From: Dialister sp.
Lineage (GTDB): Bacteria > Bacillota > Negativicutes > Veillonellales > Dialisteraceae
Assembly: GCA_003447275.1 (NCBI GenBank)
Contig: DLZS01000082.1
Coordinates: forward strand, 1 to 49,026
Direction of reading: 5' to 3'
DNA: 49,026 nucleotides
The notes under the pieces are model-generated. The model was not told the origin of the DNA, did no database searches, and saw only the letters and a program-made list of their open reading frames with translations. Shown here piece by piece: positions 1-8,059 of the stretch (the first letter of the stretch is position 1; every line of letters starts with the position of its first letter). The translations under genes were made by a program, and so were the position numbers.

Positions 1-51
1 TCCAACACTTTCATGCAATACCGCTACGTAGCCCCCTCAGCCCTTCGCGCA

Positions 52-190
52 GCTCCCCCGATGGGGAGCCAAGAACGTTCTGCCGCTTAACTTAATAGCA
101 TTGCAGGCGAGCGCAGCGAGACGGGGTTGGCCTCGCGTATGTTGAATAAGCGGAAAGCAGGTCGTACAAAAAATCTGACGTCTGACATCT
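52..190. repeat. REP/MITE-like repeat cluster (hairpin 52-69; 40-bp unit 103-142 shared with 1821-1860)
   Basis: GCTCCCC-cgat-GGGGAGC hairpin; 103-142 matches 1821-1860 at 35/40 positions by eye. Confidence 0.6.
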
Positions 191-225
191 CCAAGTCTCT
201 CAGTCTCTTAGTCTCCAGCCCCAAC

Positions 226-252
226 AAAAAAAGCAGCCCGATGGCTGCTTTT
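226..252 (-). terminator. Intrinsic terminator after ABC ATPase
   Basis: AAAAGCAGCC-cgat-GGCTGCTTTT stem with a 7-T tail on the minus strand. Confidence 0.75.
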
Positions 253-263
253 CATTTTTCCTA

Positions 264-1001
264 TTACAATACCTGCGAAAGGAAAGCTTTCGTACGTTCC
301 TCTTTCGTATGCTCGAAGACATCCAGCGGGCGACCTTCTTCGACGATGACGCCGCCATCAATGAAGAGGACGCGGGAGCCGACTTCTCTGGCGAATCCCA
401 TTTCATGTGTCACGACGACCATGGTCATGCCCTCTTCTGCGACTTCACGCATGACATCCAAGACTTCATGCACCATTTCCGGGTCTAGCGCCGAGGTCGG
501 TTCATCGAAGAGGAGCGCTTTCGGCTTCATCGCGAGCGCGCGGGCGATAGCGACACGCTGCTGCTGCCCACCGGAGAGCTGCGGAGGCTTGTAGTCTGCC
601 TTGTCTTCCATCCCGACTTTTTTGAGGAGCTGCATACCGCGGTCATAGGCTTCCTTCTTGGAGATCTTTCTGACCTTCATCGGCGCGAGCATCAGATTCT
701 GAATGACACTCATATGCGGAAAAAGGTTAAATCGCTGAAAGACCATGCCGACTTCCGTGCGGACTTCATTGATATTCTTTTCCCCATTGACAGGCACCCC
801 GTCGAATGTGATGGATCCCGTCGTCGGTGTTTCAAGCCCATTGATGCAGCGCAGCAACGTACTCTTCCCCGAGCCGGAAGGTCCGATGATGACGACGACT
901 TCCTTCTCCTTGACTTTGACGCTGATGTCTTTCAAGACCGTCAGATCGCCGAATTTTTTGCTGATGTGGGTGATTTCTATCAGATTCTTTTCTTCTGCCA
1001 T
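264..1001 (-). CDS. Polar amino-acid ABC transporter ATP-binding protein (GlnQ/ArtR family)
   Basis: Walker [11 protein letters not shown]-loop [10 protein letters not shown], signature [15 protein letters not shown], Walker [13 protein letters not shown]-loop VTHE. Confidence 0.95.
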   Translation of the reverse strand: MAEEKNLIEITHISKKFGDLTVLKDISVKVKEKEVVVIIGPSGSGKSTLLRCINGLETPTTGSITFDGVPVNGEKNINEVRTEVGMVFQRFNLFPHMSVIQNLMLAPMKVRKISKKEAYDRGMQLLKKVGMEDKADYKPPQLSGGQQQRVAIARALAMKPKALLFDEPTSALDPEMVHEVLDVMREVAEEGMTMVVVTHEMGFAREVGSRVLFIDGGVIVEEGRPLDVFEHTKEERTKAFLSQVL

Positions 1002-1640
1002 TTATTTTTTCTCCAACATTGCTACCACTCTGGAAATCGCCAGCGTCATGATGAGGTACAGGACAGCGACGGTGGACCATATCTCAAAGGAGCCATAGGT
1101 CTGCGCGATGATGAGCTGTCCGCGGCGGGTCAGTTCTTCGAAGCCGATGACGGAAACCAGTGAGGAATCCTTCAGCATTGCGATGAATTCATTGCCGAGC
1201 GGCGGCAGGATATTTCGTACAGCCTGCGGCAGGATGATATAGTACATGGTCTGCCACCAGGAAAGGCCGAGCGAGCGGCCCGCTTCCATCTGCCCCACAT
1301 CGATCGCCTGGATGCCGGCGCGGAAAATTTCAGATACATACGCGCCGCTATTGATCCCGCAGGCAGCGACGGCCGCTACGAATGGCTCCACGCGATGCCC
1401 CGTCACGATCGGGAGCGCGAAATAGATCAGGAAGATCTGCACCAGAAGTGGCGTACCACGGATACAGTCTGCATAGATCGCAGCCAGGATGCGCAGCACC
1501 TTCACCTTGCAGATACGCGCGATACCGACAAAAAGGCCGATGCAGAAGCCGATGAAAACACTGACCGCTGTGATCTCGATAGTGACGCCCGCACCCAAGA
1601 GAAGGATAGGCAGTGCTTTTTCGATAAGTTCAAAATCCAT
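1002..1640 (-). CDS. Polar amino-acid ABC transporter permease (HisM/GlnP family)
   Basis: RGTPLLVQ, AYVSEIFRAGIQAIDVGQMEAGRSLG (EAA loop), NEFIAMLKDSSL; RBS AAGGAG; abuts the ATPase. Confidence 0.95.
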   Translation of the reverse strand: MDFELIEKALPILLLGAGVTIEITAVSVFIGFCIGLFVGIARICKVKVLRILAAIYADCIRGTPLLVQIFLIYFALPIVTGHRVEPFVAAVAACGINSGAYVSEIFRAGIQAIDVGQMEAGRSLGLSWWQTMYYIILPQAVRNILPPLGNEFIAMLKDSSLVSVIGFEELTRRGQLIIAQTYGSFEIWSTVAVLYLIMTLAISRVVAMLEKK

Positions 1641-1694
1641 GTTTCATTCTCCTTACTATATATGCATGCATCATGCATGCTTCCATTTCGTTTT

Positions 1695-1724
1695 ATTGTA
1701 CAATTTTACGGAGAGGATAGTCAA
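1695..1724 (-). promoter_or_regulatory. Putative sigma-A promoter of the ABC operon
   Basis: TTGACT (1724-1719), 18-bp spacer, TACAAT (1700-1695). Confidence 0.55.
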
Positions 1725-1740
1725 TAGGAATCCGGATTTT

Positions 1741-1758
1741 ATTGTATAAAAATACAAA
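1741..1758. promoter_or_regulatory. Putative ArgR/AhrC (ARG) box
   Basis: atTGTATaaaaATACAaa fits the TGnAT-N4-ATnCA palindrome, just upstream of the -35. Confidence 0.45.
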
Positions 1759-1803
1759 AACTGGAAGCAGGAAAACGGACATCCGCGCGCTGTAACCGCT
1801 AGT

Positions 1804-1910
1804 CCCTTCCCTTGGAGGGGGCAGGCGAGCGAAGCGAGCTGGGGTTGGCTTCACGTATGTCGGAAAGGCGGGAAAGAGATACGATGGAAACATATCAGAT
1901 GTCTGATGTC
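1804..1910. repeat. REP-like repeat copy
   Basis: CCCTTCC-ctt-GGAGGGG hairpin followed by gcaggcgagcgaagcgagctggggttggc, similar to 103-142. Confidence 0.6.
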
Positions 1911-1961
1911 ATTCCGCCTTCCCTGGTCACCAACCTTCGCCCCTCAAGCCATGCACGCAGC

Positions 1962-1993
1962 AAAAAAGACGCCGCGATTTCTCGCAGCGCCTT
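1962..1993 (-). terminator. Intrinsic terminator after ndk
   Basis: Minus strand AAGGCGCUGCGA-GAAA-UCGCGGCGUCUU followed by a U run; the G-U pairs define the strand. Confidence 0.8.
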
Positions 1994-2004
1994 CCTATGC
2001 CGAA

Positions 2005-2424
2005 TTATTTGGACAGTTCTGGGAACCAGAGACCGATCTCTCTCTGTGCGGTTTCTACTGCATCGGAAGCATGGATAACATTTTCATCGATGGAAGTAGC
2101 GAAGTCGCCGCGGATGGAGCCAGGAACAGCTTCGAGCGGGTTGGTAGCGCCGTTGATCTGACGAACAGCTGCGACAGCGTTTTCACCTTCGATGACCATA
2201 GCCAGTACCGGACCGGAAGTGATGAAGTCGATGAGAGCTTTGAAGAAACCTTTGCCTTTGTGTTCAGCATAGTGTTCTTCAGCGAGTTCTACCGGGACCT
2301 GAATCATTTTGATCGCATGAATGGACAGACCTTTTCTTTCGAAGCGGGAGATCACCTCGCCGCAGATGTGTTTCTTCACGCCGTCCGGCTTTACGAGTAC
2401 GAGAGTTTTTTCAATGTTAGCCAT
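2005..2424 (-). CDS. ndk: Nucleoside diphosphate kinase
   Basis: EKTLVLVKPDGV, FITSGPV, PGSIRGDF, NVIHASD catalytic His; start moved to ATG 2424 behind a GGAGG RBS. Confidence 0.97.
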   Translation of the reverse strand: MANIEKTLVLVKPDGVKKHICGEVISRFERKGLSIHAIKMIQVPVELAEEHYAEHKGKGFFKALIDFITSGPVLAMVIEGENAVAAVRQINGATNPLEAVPGSIRGDFATSIDENVIHASDAVETAQREIGLWFPELSK

Positions 2425-2434
2425 AATAGCCTCC

Positions 2435-3298
2435 TTAAAAAGAATGCATTTCTGCTGCGATTTCACGCAGCTTTTTTACACGCTCCTCCGTGGAAGGATG
2501 CGTAGAAAACAGATTGGCCACGCCGCCGACTCCGGCAAGCGGATTGATGATGAAAAGGCCGCTGGTCGCTGGCTTTGCATCGGGGATGACACGATGATGG
2601 GCATAGTCATCGAGCTTCAAGAGTGCGCTGGCAAGAGCCAGAGGCTTCCCGCAGATCCTTGCACCTGAAGCATCCGCCATGTATTCGCGGGAACGCGACA
2701 GGGCGAACTGGATGAGAGAAGCTGCAAGCGGCGCGATGACGATGGTCACGATAAGGGCGATCGGATTCGACCGGTTGCCGTCTTCATCTCTGGCCGTACC
2801 AAAGATCGCTGCCCACTGCGCTATATTTGCGATGTAGGAGATCGCGGTCGCTATCGACGCCGATAGCGTCATGATGAGCGTATCACGATGTTTGACATGG
2901 GATAATTCGTGGCTGATGACCCCCGCTAGCTCATCGCGGTTCAGCATGGAAAGGATGCCCTCCGTCACTGCGACAGCCGCATGTTCCGGATCTCGTCCCG
3001 TAGCAAAAGCATTCGGCACATCGGTCGGAATGACATAGAGACGCGGCATCGGAAGCTCCGCCTTCCGGCAAAGCTCTCGCACCAGCTCATAGAGCTCGGG
3101 CACCTGCGATTCGGACAAAGGCTGGGCATTGTAAGCACGAAGCGCCATCTTGTCTGAATTCCAGTATGTGTAGAAATTGATTGCCAGAGAAATGAGAAAC
3201 ATGGTCATCGCGCCGTTCTGACCACCTACGACACCGCCGATAGCCATCAGGATCAAGCTGAGCAGTGTCAGAAGCATGACTGATTTGACTCTGTTCAT
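2435..3298 (-). CDS. htpX: Zinc metalloprotease HtpX (M48)
   Basis: PNAFATG, HELSH (HExxH), SRSREYMAD, FSTHPSTEERV; N-terminal TM helices. Confidence 0.95.
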   Translation of the reverse strand: MNRVKSVMLLTLLSLILMAIGGVVGGQNGAMTMFLISLAINFYTYWNSDKMALRAYNAQPLSESQVPELYELVRELCRKAELPMPRLYVIPTDVPNAFATGRDPEHAAVAVTEGILSMLNRDELAGVISHELSHVKHRDTLIMTLSASIATAISYIANIAQWAAIFGTARDEDGNRSNPIALIVTIVIAPLAASLIQFALSRSREYMADASGARICGKPLALASALLKLDDYAHHRVIPDAKPATSGLFIINPLAGVGGVANLFSTHPSTEERVKKLREIAAEMHSF

Positions 3299-3349
3299 AC
3301 AGAAGACCTCACTTTATAGAATTTTATGAATGTACGTGAAAATAAAAAA

Positions 3350-3426
3350 TGGTCGGAACGACATGATTCGAACATGCGACCTCTACCACCCCAAGGTAGC
3401 GCTCTACCAAGCTGAGCTACGTCCCG
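3350..3426 (-). tRNA. tRNA-Pro (anticodon GGG), CCA encoded
   Basis: CGGGACGTAGCTCAGCTTGGTAGAGCG-CTACC-TT-GGG-GT-GGTAG-AGGTCGCATGTTCGAATCATGTCGTTCCGACCA cloverleaf, 77 nt. Confidence 0.97.
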
Positions 3427-3444
3427 ACGATTACTACATGAAAT

Positions 3445-3473
3445 AGGATACACAATTTGGACGGATTTGTCAA
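3445..3473 (-). promoter_or_regulatory. Putative promoter of tRNA-Pro
   Basis: TTGACA (3473-3468), 17 bp, TATCCT (3450-3445). Confidence 0.55.
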
Positions 3474-3553
3474 GGTGGACGGGATGAGAGGTTCAAGGCT
3501 TGCCCTCTTGGGAGATGTCCTGCGTTCTTCAAATGACGCATCTCTCCTCATCC

Positions 3554-3574
3554 GCCTTCCCCACCGGGGAAGGC
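3554..3574. repeat. REP-like GC hairpin downstream of the mutase gene
   Basis: GCCTTCCCC-acc-GGGGAAGGC perfect stem, same style as the hairpins at 52-69 and 1804-1820. Confidence 0.5.
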
Positions 3575-3619
3575 TTCGAAAGAAGAGTACCGCAAGCGTG
3601 ATCCCCCGCCGTCGGCGGC

Positions 3620-5269
3620 CTACAATCCCAGTGCGCTCTCCCATCTTGCCTTGAAGTCAGCAAATGCGCCCCGAGCCTCTTTTTCGTTTTTCCCTTTGAG
3701 GGAATAGTAGATCTTGATCTTCGGCTCCGTGCCGCTCGGGCGTACGGCCATCCAGCCGCCTGTCTTTACCTTATATTTCAGGACATTTTCCTTCGGCAGG
3801 TCACCAATGCCGGCTTCAAAGTCCGTGACGGAGTCGATCTCCGGGAATATCTCCTTCACATCGATGTCCCGGAGATGCTTCATGATGCCGCGGATCTTTG
3901 CAAGGCCTTCGATCCCTTTCAGGGTATAGGATGTGGTCTTGTCGTAGTAGTAGCCGAAGTCGGTATAGAGCTCATCGAGCACATCGGAAAGTGTCTTTCC
4001 CACATTCTTGAAGTAAGCCGCCATTTCACAGATAAGCATGGCAGAAACGACCGCATCTTTATCCTGTGCGTGCGTCCCGGCAAGGTAGCCGTAGCTTTCT
4101 TCATAGCCGAAGAAGAAGTCATGCGCGGGATCCTTTTCCCACTGGGAGATCTTTTCTCCAATATACTTGAAGCCGGTCAGCGTTTCTACGACCTTCAGGC
4201 CATAGCGGCGTCCGATTTCTGCACCAAGCTCGCCGGTCACGACCGTCTTCACCATGGTGGATACCGGTGTCAGCGTCTCTTTTCGGGTGAGGCAGAGGAA
4301 GTATGTCAGGAGTGCGCCCATCTGATTTCCGGAAATCAGGACAAAGTCCTCCCCTTTTCGTACTGCGCTGCCGATGCGGTCACTGTCCGGGTCAGTCCCG
4401 ATGACGATATCTGCGCCCACTTCTTTGGCGAGGGCGATTCCCATCGAGAGAGCATCTTCATTCTCCGGATTTGGCGCAGAGACGGTTGGGAAGTCGCCAT
4501 CCGGCAGCTCCTGCTCCTTCACGATATGCACATCGCTGAAGCCTGCTTCCGACAGAATGGCCCGGACGGGCTTTGCCCCGCTGCCGTGAAGCGGTGTGTA
4601 GACAATGGAGAGCGGCGGCGGATCTCCCTGATACAGGGACTGCCGGAAGATCGCGGTCAGAAAGCGGGTGACAGTTTTATGTCCCAGCCAGTTCATGAGG
4701 GCATCATTTCCCTCATCTTCGATATGCGAAAGATCTGTCACCGCTTCGACATAAGCCGTCAGGACGTCTGCATCCTTCGGCACCAGCTGCGCGCCATTGG
4801 CACCATAGACCTTGTATCCATTGTATTCTGCCGGATTGTGGCTCGCTGTCACGACCACACCGGCCGCGGCATGGAAATATTTGACCGCAAAAGAAAGGAC
4901 AGGAATCGGTTCGAGTTCTTCGAAAATGCGGACGGGGATCCCGGCCGATGTCAACACACGAGCGGCTTCTTTCGCAAAGTCATCGGAATGATTTCTGGAA
5001 TCATAGGCAATGACCACGCCCTGTGAAAAAGTCTTCGGATGCTCCTTTTTCAGATAATCAGCAAGCCCTCTTGTCGCTTTGGCGACCGTATAGCGATTCA
5101 TGCGGTTCGTGCCCGCGCCCATGATACCGCGCAGCCCGGCTGTACCAAATTCCAGATCCTTATAAAAACGGTCTTCGATCTCTTTTTCATCCGTCAGACG
5201 CAGGAGCTCTTCCTTCGTCTCTTCATCCGCCCATGTCAGCCAGTCTTTATATGTTTCTTGATAGCTCAT
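3620..5269 (-). CDS. pgm: Phosphoglucomutase/phosphomannomutase (alpha-D-phosphohexomutase)
   Basis: FGTAGLRG, catalytic TASHNP, metal loop DPDSDR, GYEESYG, RPSGTEPKIKIY. Confidence 0.92.
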   Translation of the reverse strand: MSYQETYKDWLTWADEETKEELLRLTDEKEIEDRFYKDLEFGTAGLRGIMGAGTNRMNRYTVAKATRGLADYLKKEHPKTFSQGVVIAYDSRNHSDDFAKEAARVLTSAGIPVRIFEELEPIPVLSFAVKYFHAAAGVVVTASHNPAEYNGYKVYGANGAQLVPKDADVLTAYVEAVTDLSHIEDEGNDALMNWLGHKTVTRFLTAIFRQSLYQGDPPPLSIVYTPLHGSGAKPVRAILSEAGFSDVHIVKEQELPDGDFPTVSAPNPENEDALSMGIALAKEVGADIVIGTDPDSDRIGSAVRKGEDFVLISGNQMGALLTYFLCLTRKETLTPVSTMVKTVVTGELGAEIGRRYGLKVVETLTGFKYIGEKISQWEKDPAHDFFFGYEESYGYLAGTHAQDKDAVVSAMLICEMAAYFKNVGKTLSDVLDELYTDFGYYYDKTTSYTLKGIEGLAKIRGIMKHLRDIDVKEIFPEIDSVTDFEAGIGDLPKENVLKYKVKTGGWMAVRPSGTEPKIKIYYSLKGKNEKEARGAFADFKARWESALGL

Positions 5270-5416
5270 TCGTATCCTCCTTCATAGAAATCAGTGAAGT
5301 CATATTTTCATTATTATAATGTATACCGAAATGGATTACCAATGGAAATAGCAGAAGCCGCTCATTGGTTTTATTATAAAAGAATGCAGTATTTTTTTAC
5401 AAACAAGGATTCTGAT

Positions 5417-5454
5417 AAACAAATGTTTCTATTTTCTCTCGAATAAGGTATAAT
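5417..5454 (+). promoter_or_regulatory. lexA promoter with overlapping putative SOS box
   Basis: AAAC-aaat-GTTT (5417-5428), a variant of the Firmicute GAAC-N4-GTTY box, overlaps the -35 position; TATAAT at 5449-5454. Confidence 0.55.
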
Positions 5455-5496
5455 AGAGACAAGTTGAGAGCAAGAAATCAAAGAAAGGACCTTCCC

Positions 5497-6123
5497 ATGA
5501 GAAAAAAAAACAACCCGAATGAACTGACCACACGCGAAAAATCGATCCTTGAATTTATCCGTCAGAAGATCTGGGACAGCGGCTTCCCCCCGACTGTCCG
5601 CGAGATCGGAGAAGCGGTCGGTCTGCGCTCGACATCCACCGTGCACAATTATCTGAAGCGTCTGGAACTTAAGGGCGCGATCCGCAAGAATCCTGACTCT
5701 TCGCGCGCGATCGAAGTCGTGGCCGATACCTGGCGCCGCAAGAAGATGATCCCGATGCCGCTCGTCGGAGCCGTCCGTGCAGGCGAACCGATCACCGCAG
5801 ATGAACACACGGAGTCCGTCTATCCCCTGCCGGCCGAACTCATCGGCAAGGATAACAACTGCTTCATGCTCATCGTCCGCGGCGACAGCATGATCAATGC
5901 AGGCATCCATGAAGGCGACTACCTCATCGTTTCCGAGCAGGATGACGCGCAGGATGGCGACATCGTAGTCGCACTCATTGGCAATGAAGATGCGACCGTC
6001 AAGCGCTTCTACAAAGAGGAAGATCACATCCGTCTGCAGCCGGAAAATGATGAGTACCAGCCGATCATTGCCAAAGAAGTCATCATCCGCGGCAAAGTCA
6101 TCGGCCTCTATCGCCACATGTGA
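5497..6123 (+). CDS. lexA: SOS repressor LexA
   Basis: wHTH PPTVREIGEAVGLRSTSTVH, Ala-Gly cleavage site VRAGEP, catalytic Ser GDSM and Lys ATVKR; ATG 5497 behind GAAAGGA. Confidence 0.97.
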   Translation: MRKKNNPNELTTREKSILEFIRQKIWDSGFPPTVREIGEAVGLRSTSTVHNYLKRLELKGAIRKNPDSSRAIEVVADTWRRKKMIPMPLVGAVRAGEPITADEHTESVYPLPAELIGKDNNCFMLIVRGDSMINAGIHEGDYLIVSEQDDAQDGDIVVALIGNEDATVKRFYKEEDHIRLQPENDEYQPIIAKEVIIRGKVIGLYRHM

Positions 6124-6198
6124 TTGCTGGGTGACTTGGAAAGGCGGACATGAGGAACGTCATTCCGCTTTCCGCCCCATCATTGGCTTTTATTCCGT

Positions 6199-6246
6199 AA
6201 AAAAAGACCATTGAGCCTATCGCGATGCGATACTCAATGGTCTTTT
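6199..6246. terminator. Bidirectional terminator between the convergent lexA and flippase genes
   Basis: AAAAGACCATTGAG ... CTCAATGGTCTTTT 14-bp inverted repeat. Confidence 0.75.
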
Positions 6247-6291
6247 GATTTCTAAAAAGCAGGATGCGGAATGCTGATCCCCGGCTGCCGG

Positions 6292-7893
6292 CTACTTCCC
6301 AAAGCTCATGCGGGAAACCATCGCTGCGAGCTTGGGGCCGATCTTCGGCACGCCCTGTACGTCTTCCGGCTTTACCGCACGGATGACGACGATGGCCACG
6401 AGGTAGACCACGCCGCCGACAGCAATGGAGGCGAGTGTCGAAAGGGTATTGCTGTGGATCAGGGTAAACGCCGCATGATACACCCCGAGCACGACTGCGC
6501 CCATGATGCCTGCTGCGATGAAAAGCTTCACGGTATGAAGAATATCCATCGTATAGCGTCTGTATTTATAGAGGAAAATCAGATTCAGAACAGCCGCCAC
6601 GCCGAAGTCCGCATTCGTCGCCCATGCTGCGCCGAGCACGCCCCACGCCGGGATGGCGGTGAGATTCCAGGAGAGGAAGACCTTCACACACGCCGAAACA
6701 ACCATGTTCAGGAACGGGATCGCGGTCTTACCCATCCCCTGCAGCACGCCTGTCGTGACCTGCTGCACGCCGAGCAGGAATACGCCGAAGCTCATGACGG
6801 CGATACACGGACCGGCATCGCGGGTCGCGTACAGCATATCGGAGATCGGAGTCGCGATGACACACATCCCGATGAAAGCAGGTATCGTGATGAGATTGGC
6901 CAGACGCATCGCCGTGTCTGTACGCGTCATAACGACATCATCCTTCTTCTGCGCGATGGCTTCCGAAATGACAGGCACCAGACTGGCCGCCAAAGACGCC
7001 GTCACGATAGTCGGCATATTGACGAGCGCCGTCGCCATGCCTGTCAGATAGCCGAAGAGTGTCGTCGCTTCTTCGACAGCAAATCCTGCCACTTCCAGAC
7101 GACGCGGCACGATCAGCAGATCGATATTCGAAACGATCGGCAGCATGATATTTGCCAGAGAGACCGGAATCGCGAGGACCAGCAGTCTTTTGATGATCGA
7201 CATCGCACTCTGCGGTTTGATAGAGGTATCCTGCTCAGAGGCTAGCTCCTTACGCCAGTTTCTTGTCATGTAATAGAATCCGATCAGGACAAGGATCCCC
7301 ATAAAAGCACCCGGTGCTGCCCCCAGCGTAGCACCCGCGGCTCCGAACTCCAGACCATACGGCAGCAGGATGACCGCAAAAGCGATCATCGTCACGACAC
7401 GGACGACCTGCTCTAAGATCTGCGAGACCGCCGTCGGCGTCATCAGCTGCAGCCCTTGGAAATACCCGCGCAGCGTCGCGAGCAGCGTCGCGCAGAAAAC
7501 CGCCGGAGAGAGGGCCAAGAGCGACCAGTACGCTCTCTGGTCACGCACGATGCCGGTATCGACCAGCCACTGTGCGCCGAAGAAGAGCAGTCCGCTGAAG
7601 AGGACTCCCGTCATGATGAGTGCGATCATGGAAATACGGAAGACCTTCTGCCCGCCGAAATAGTCATTCACCGCATTTCTTTCTGCGACCATGATGGAGA
7701 TCGCGACCGGCAGTCCCGCAGAAGAAACAGAAAGACAGAGCAGATAGATCGGATATGCCATCTGATACAGTCCGATCCCTTCCCCGCCGAGCAGGCGCGA
7801 GAGGTAAATGCGGCTGAAAGCACCGATGAATTTGACAATAATCCCGGCAATGGTCAGGATCAATGCCCCTTGAATAAAAGAATTTTTACGCAT
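6292..7893 (-). CDS. SpoVB/MurJ(YtgP)-like MOP-superfamily flippase
   Basis: About 14 hydrophobic segments; GEGIGLYQMAYPIY, SSAGLPVAIS, RGYFQG..PTAVSQILEQ motifs. Confidence 0.88.
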   Translation of the reverse strand: MRKNSFIQGALILTIAGIIVKFIGAFSRIYLSRLLGGEGIGLYQMAYPIYLLCLSVSSAGLPVAISIMVAERNAVNDYFGGQKVFRISMIALIMTGVLFSGLLFFGAQWLVDTGIVRDQRAYWSLLALSPAVFCATLLATLRGYFQGLQLMTPTAVSQILEQVVRVVTMIAFAVILLPYGLEFGAAGATLGAAPGAFMGILVLIGFYYMTRNWRKELASEQDTSIKPQSAMSIIKRLLVLAIPVSLANIMLPIVSNIDLLIVPRRLEVAGFAVEEATTLFGYLTGMATALVNMPTIVTASLAASLVPVISEAIAQKKDDVVMTRTDTAMRLANLITIPAFIGMCVIATPISDMLYATRDAGPCIAVMSFGVFLLGVQQVTTGVLQGMGKTAIPFLNMVVSACVKVFLSWNLTAIPAWGVLGAAWATNADFGVAAVLNLIFLYKYRRYTMDILHTVKLFIAAGIMGAVVLGVYHAAFTLIHSNTLSTLASIAVGGVVYLVAIVVIRAVKPEDVQGVPKIGPKLAAMVSRMSFGK

Positions 7894-7920
7894 GTTTCAC
7901 CTTTTTGCAACATATGACTC

Positions 7921-7976
7921 CCTGCGAGATCGACTCTCGCAGGCGTTACTATATAGTCATATCAGATTTAAGCGAA
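7921..7976 (-). promoter_or_regulatory. Putative promoter plus 5' hairpin of the flippase gene
   Basis: TTCGCT, 17 bp, TATAGT (7953-7948); CCTGCGAGA-5-TCTCGCAGG hairpin (7921-7943) at the predicted mRNA 5' end. Confidence 0.4.
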
Positions 7977-8059
7977 ATTGTAAAGGTCAATTCGTTTCAT
8001 GGAATATGTTCGGAGACAAAGCTGTCTGAAAGACGTCAGCGAAACAGATCCGGTCATGG

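Noticed and set aside
3350..3426. tRNA as a prophage/island integration site
   Set aside because: No integrase and no duplicated tRNA 3' end seen; flanks are housekeeping genes
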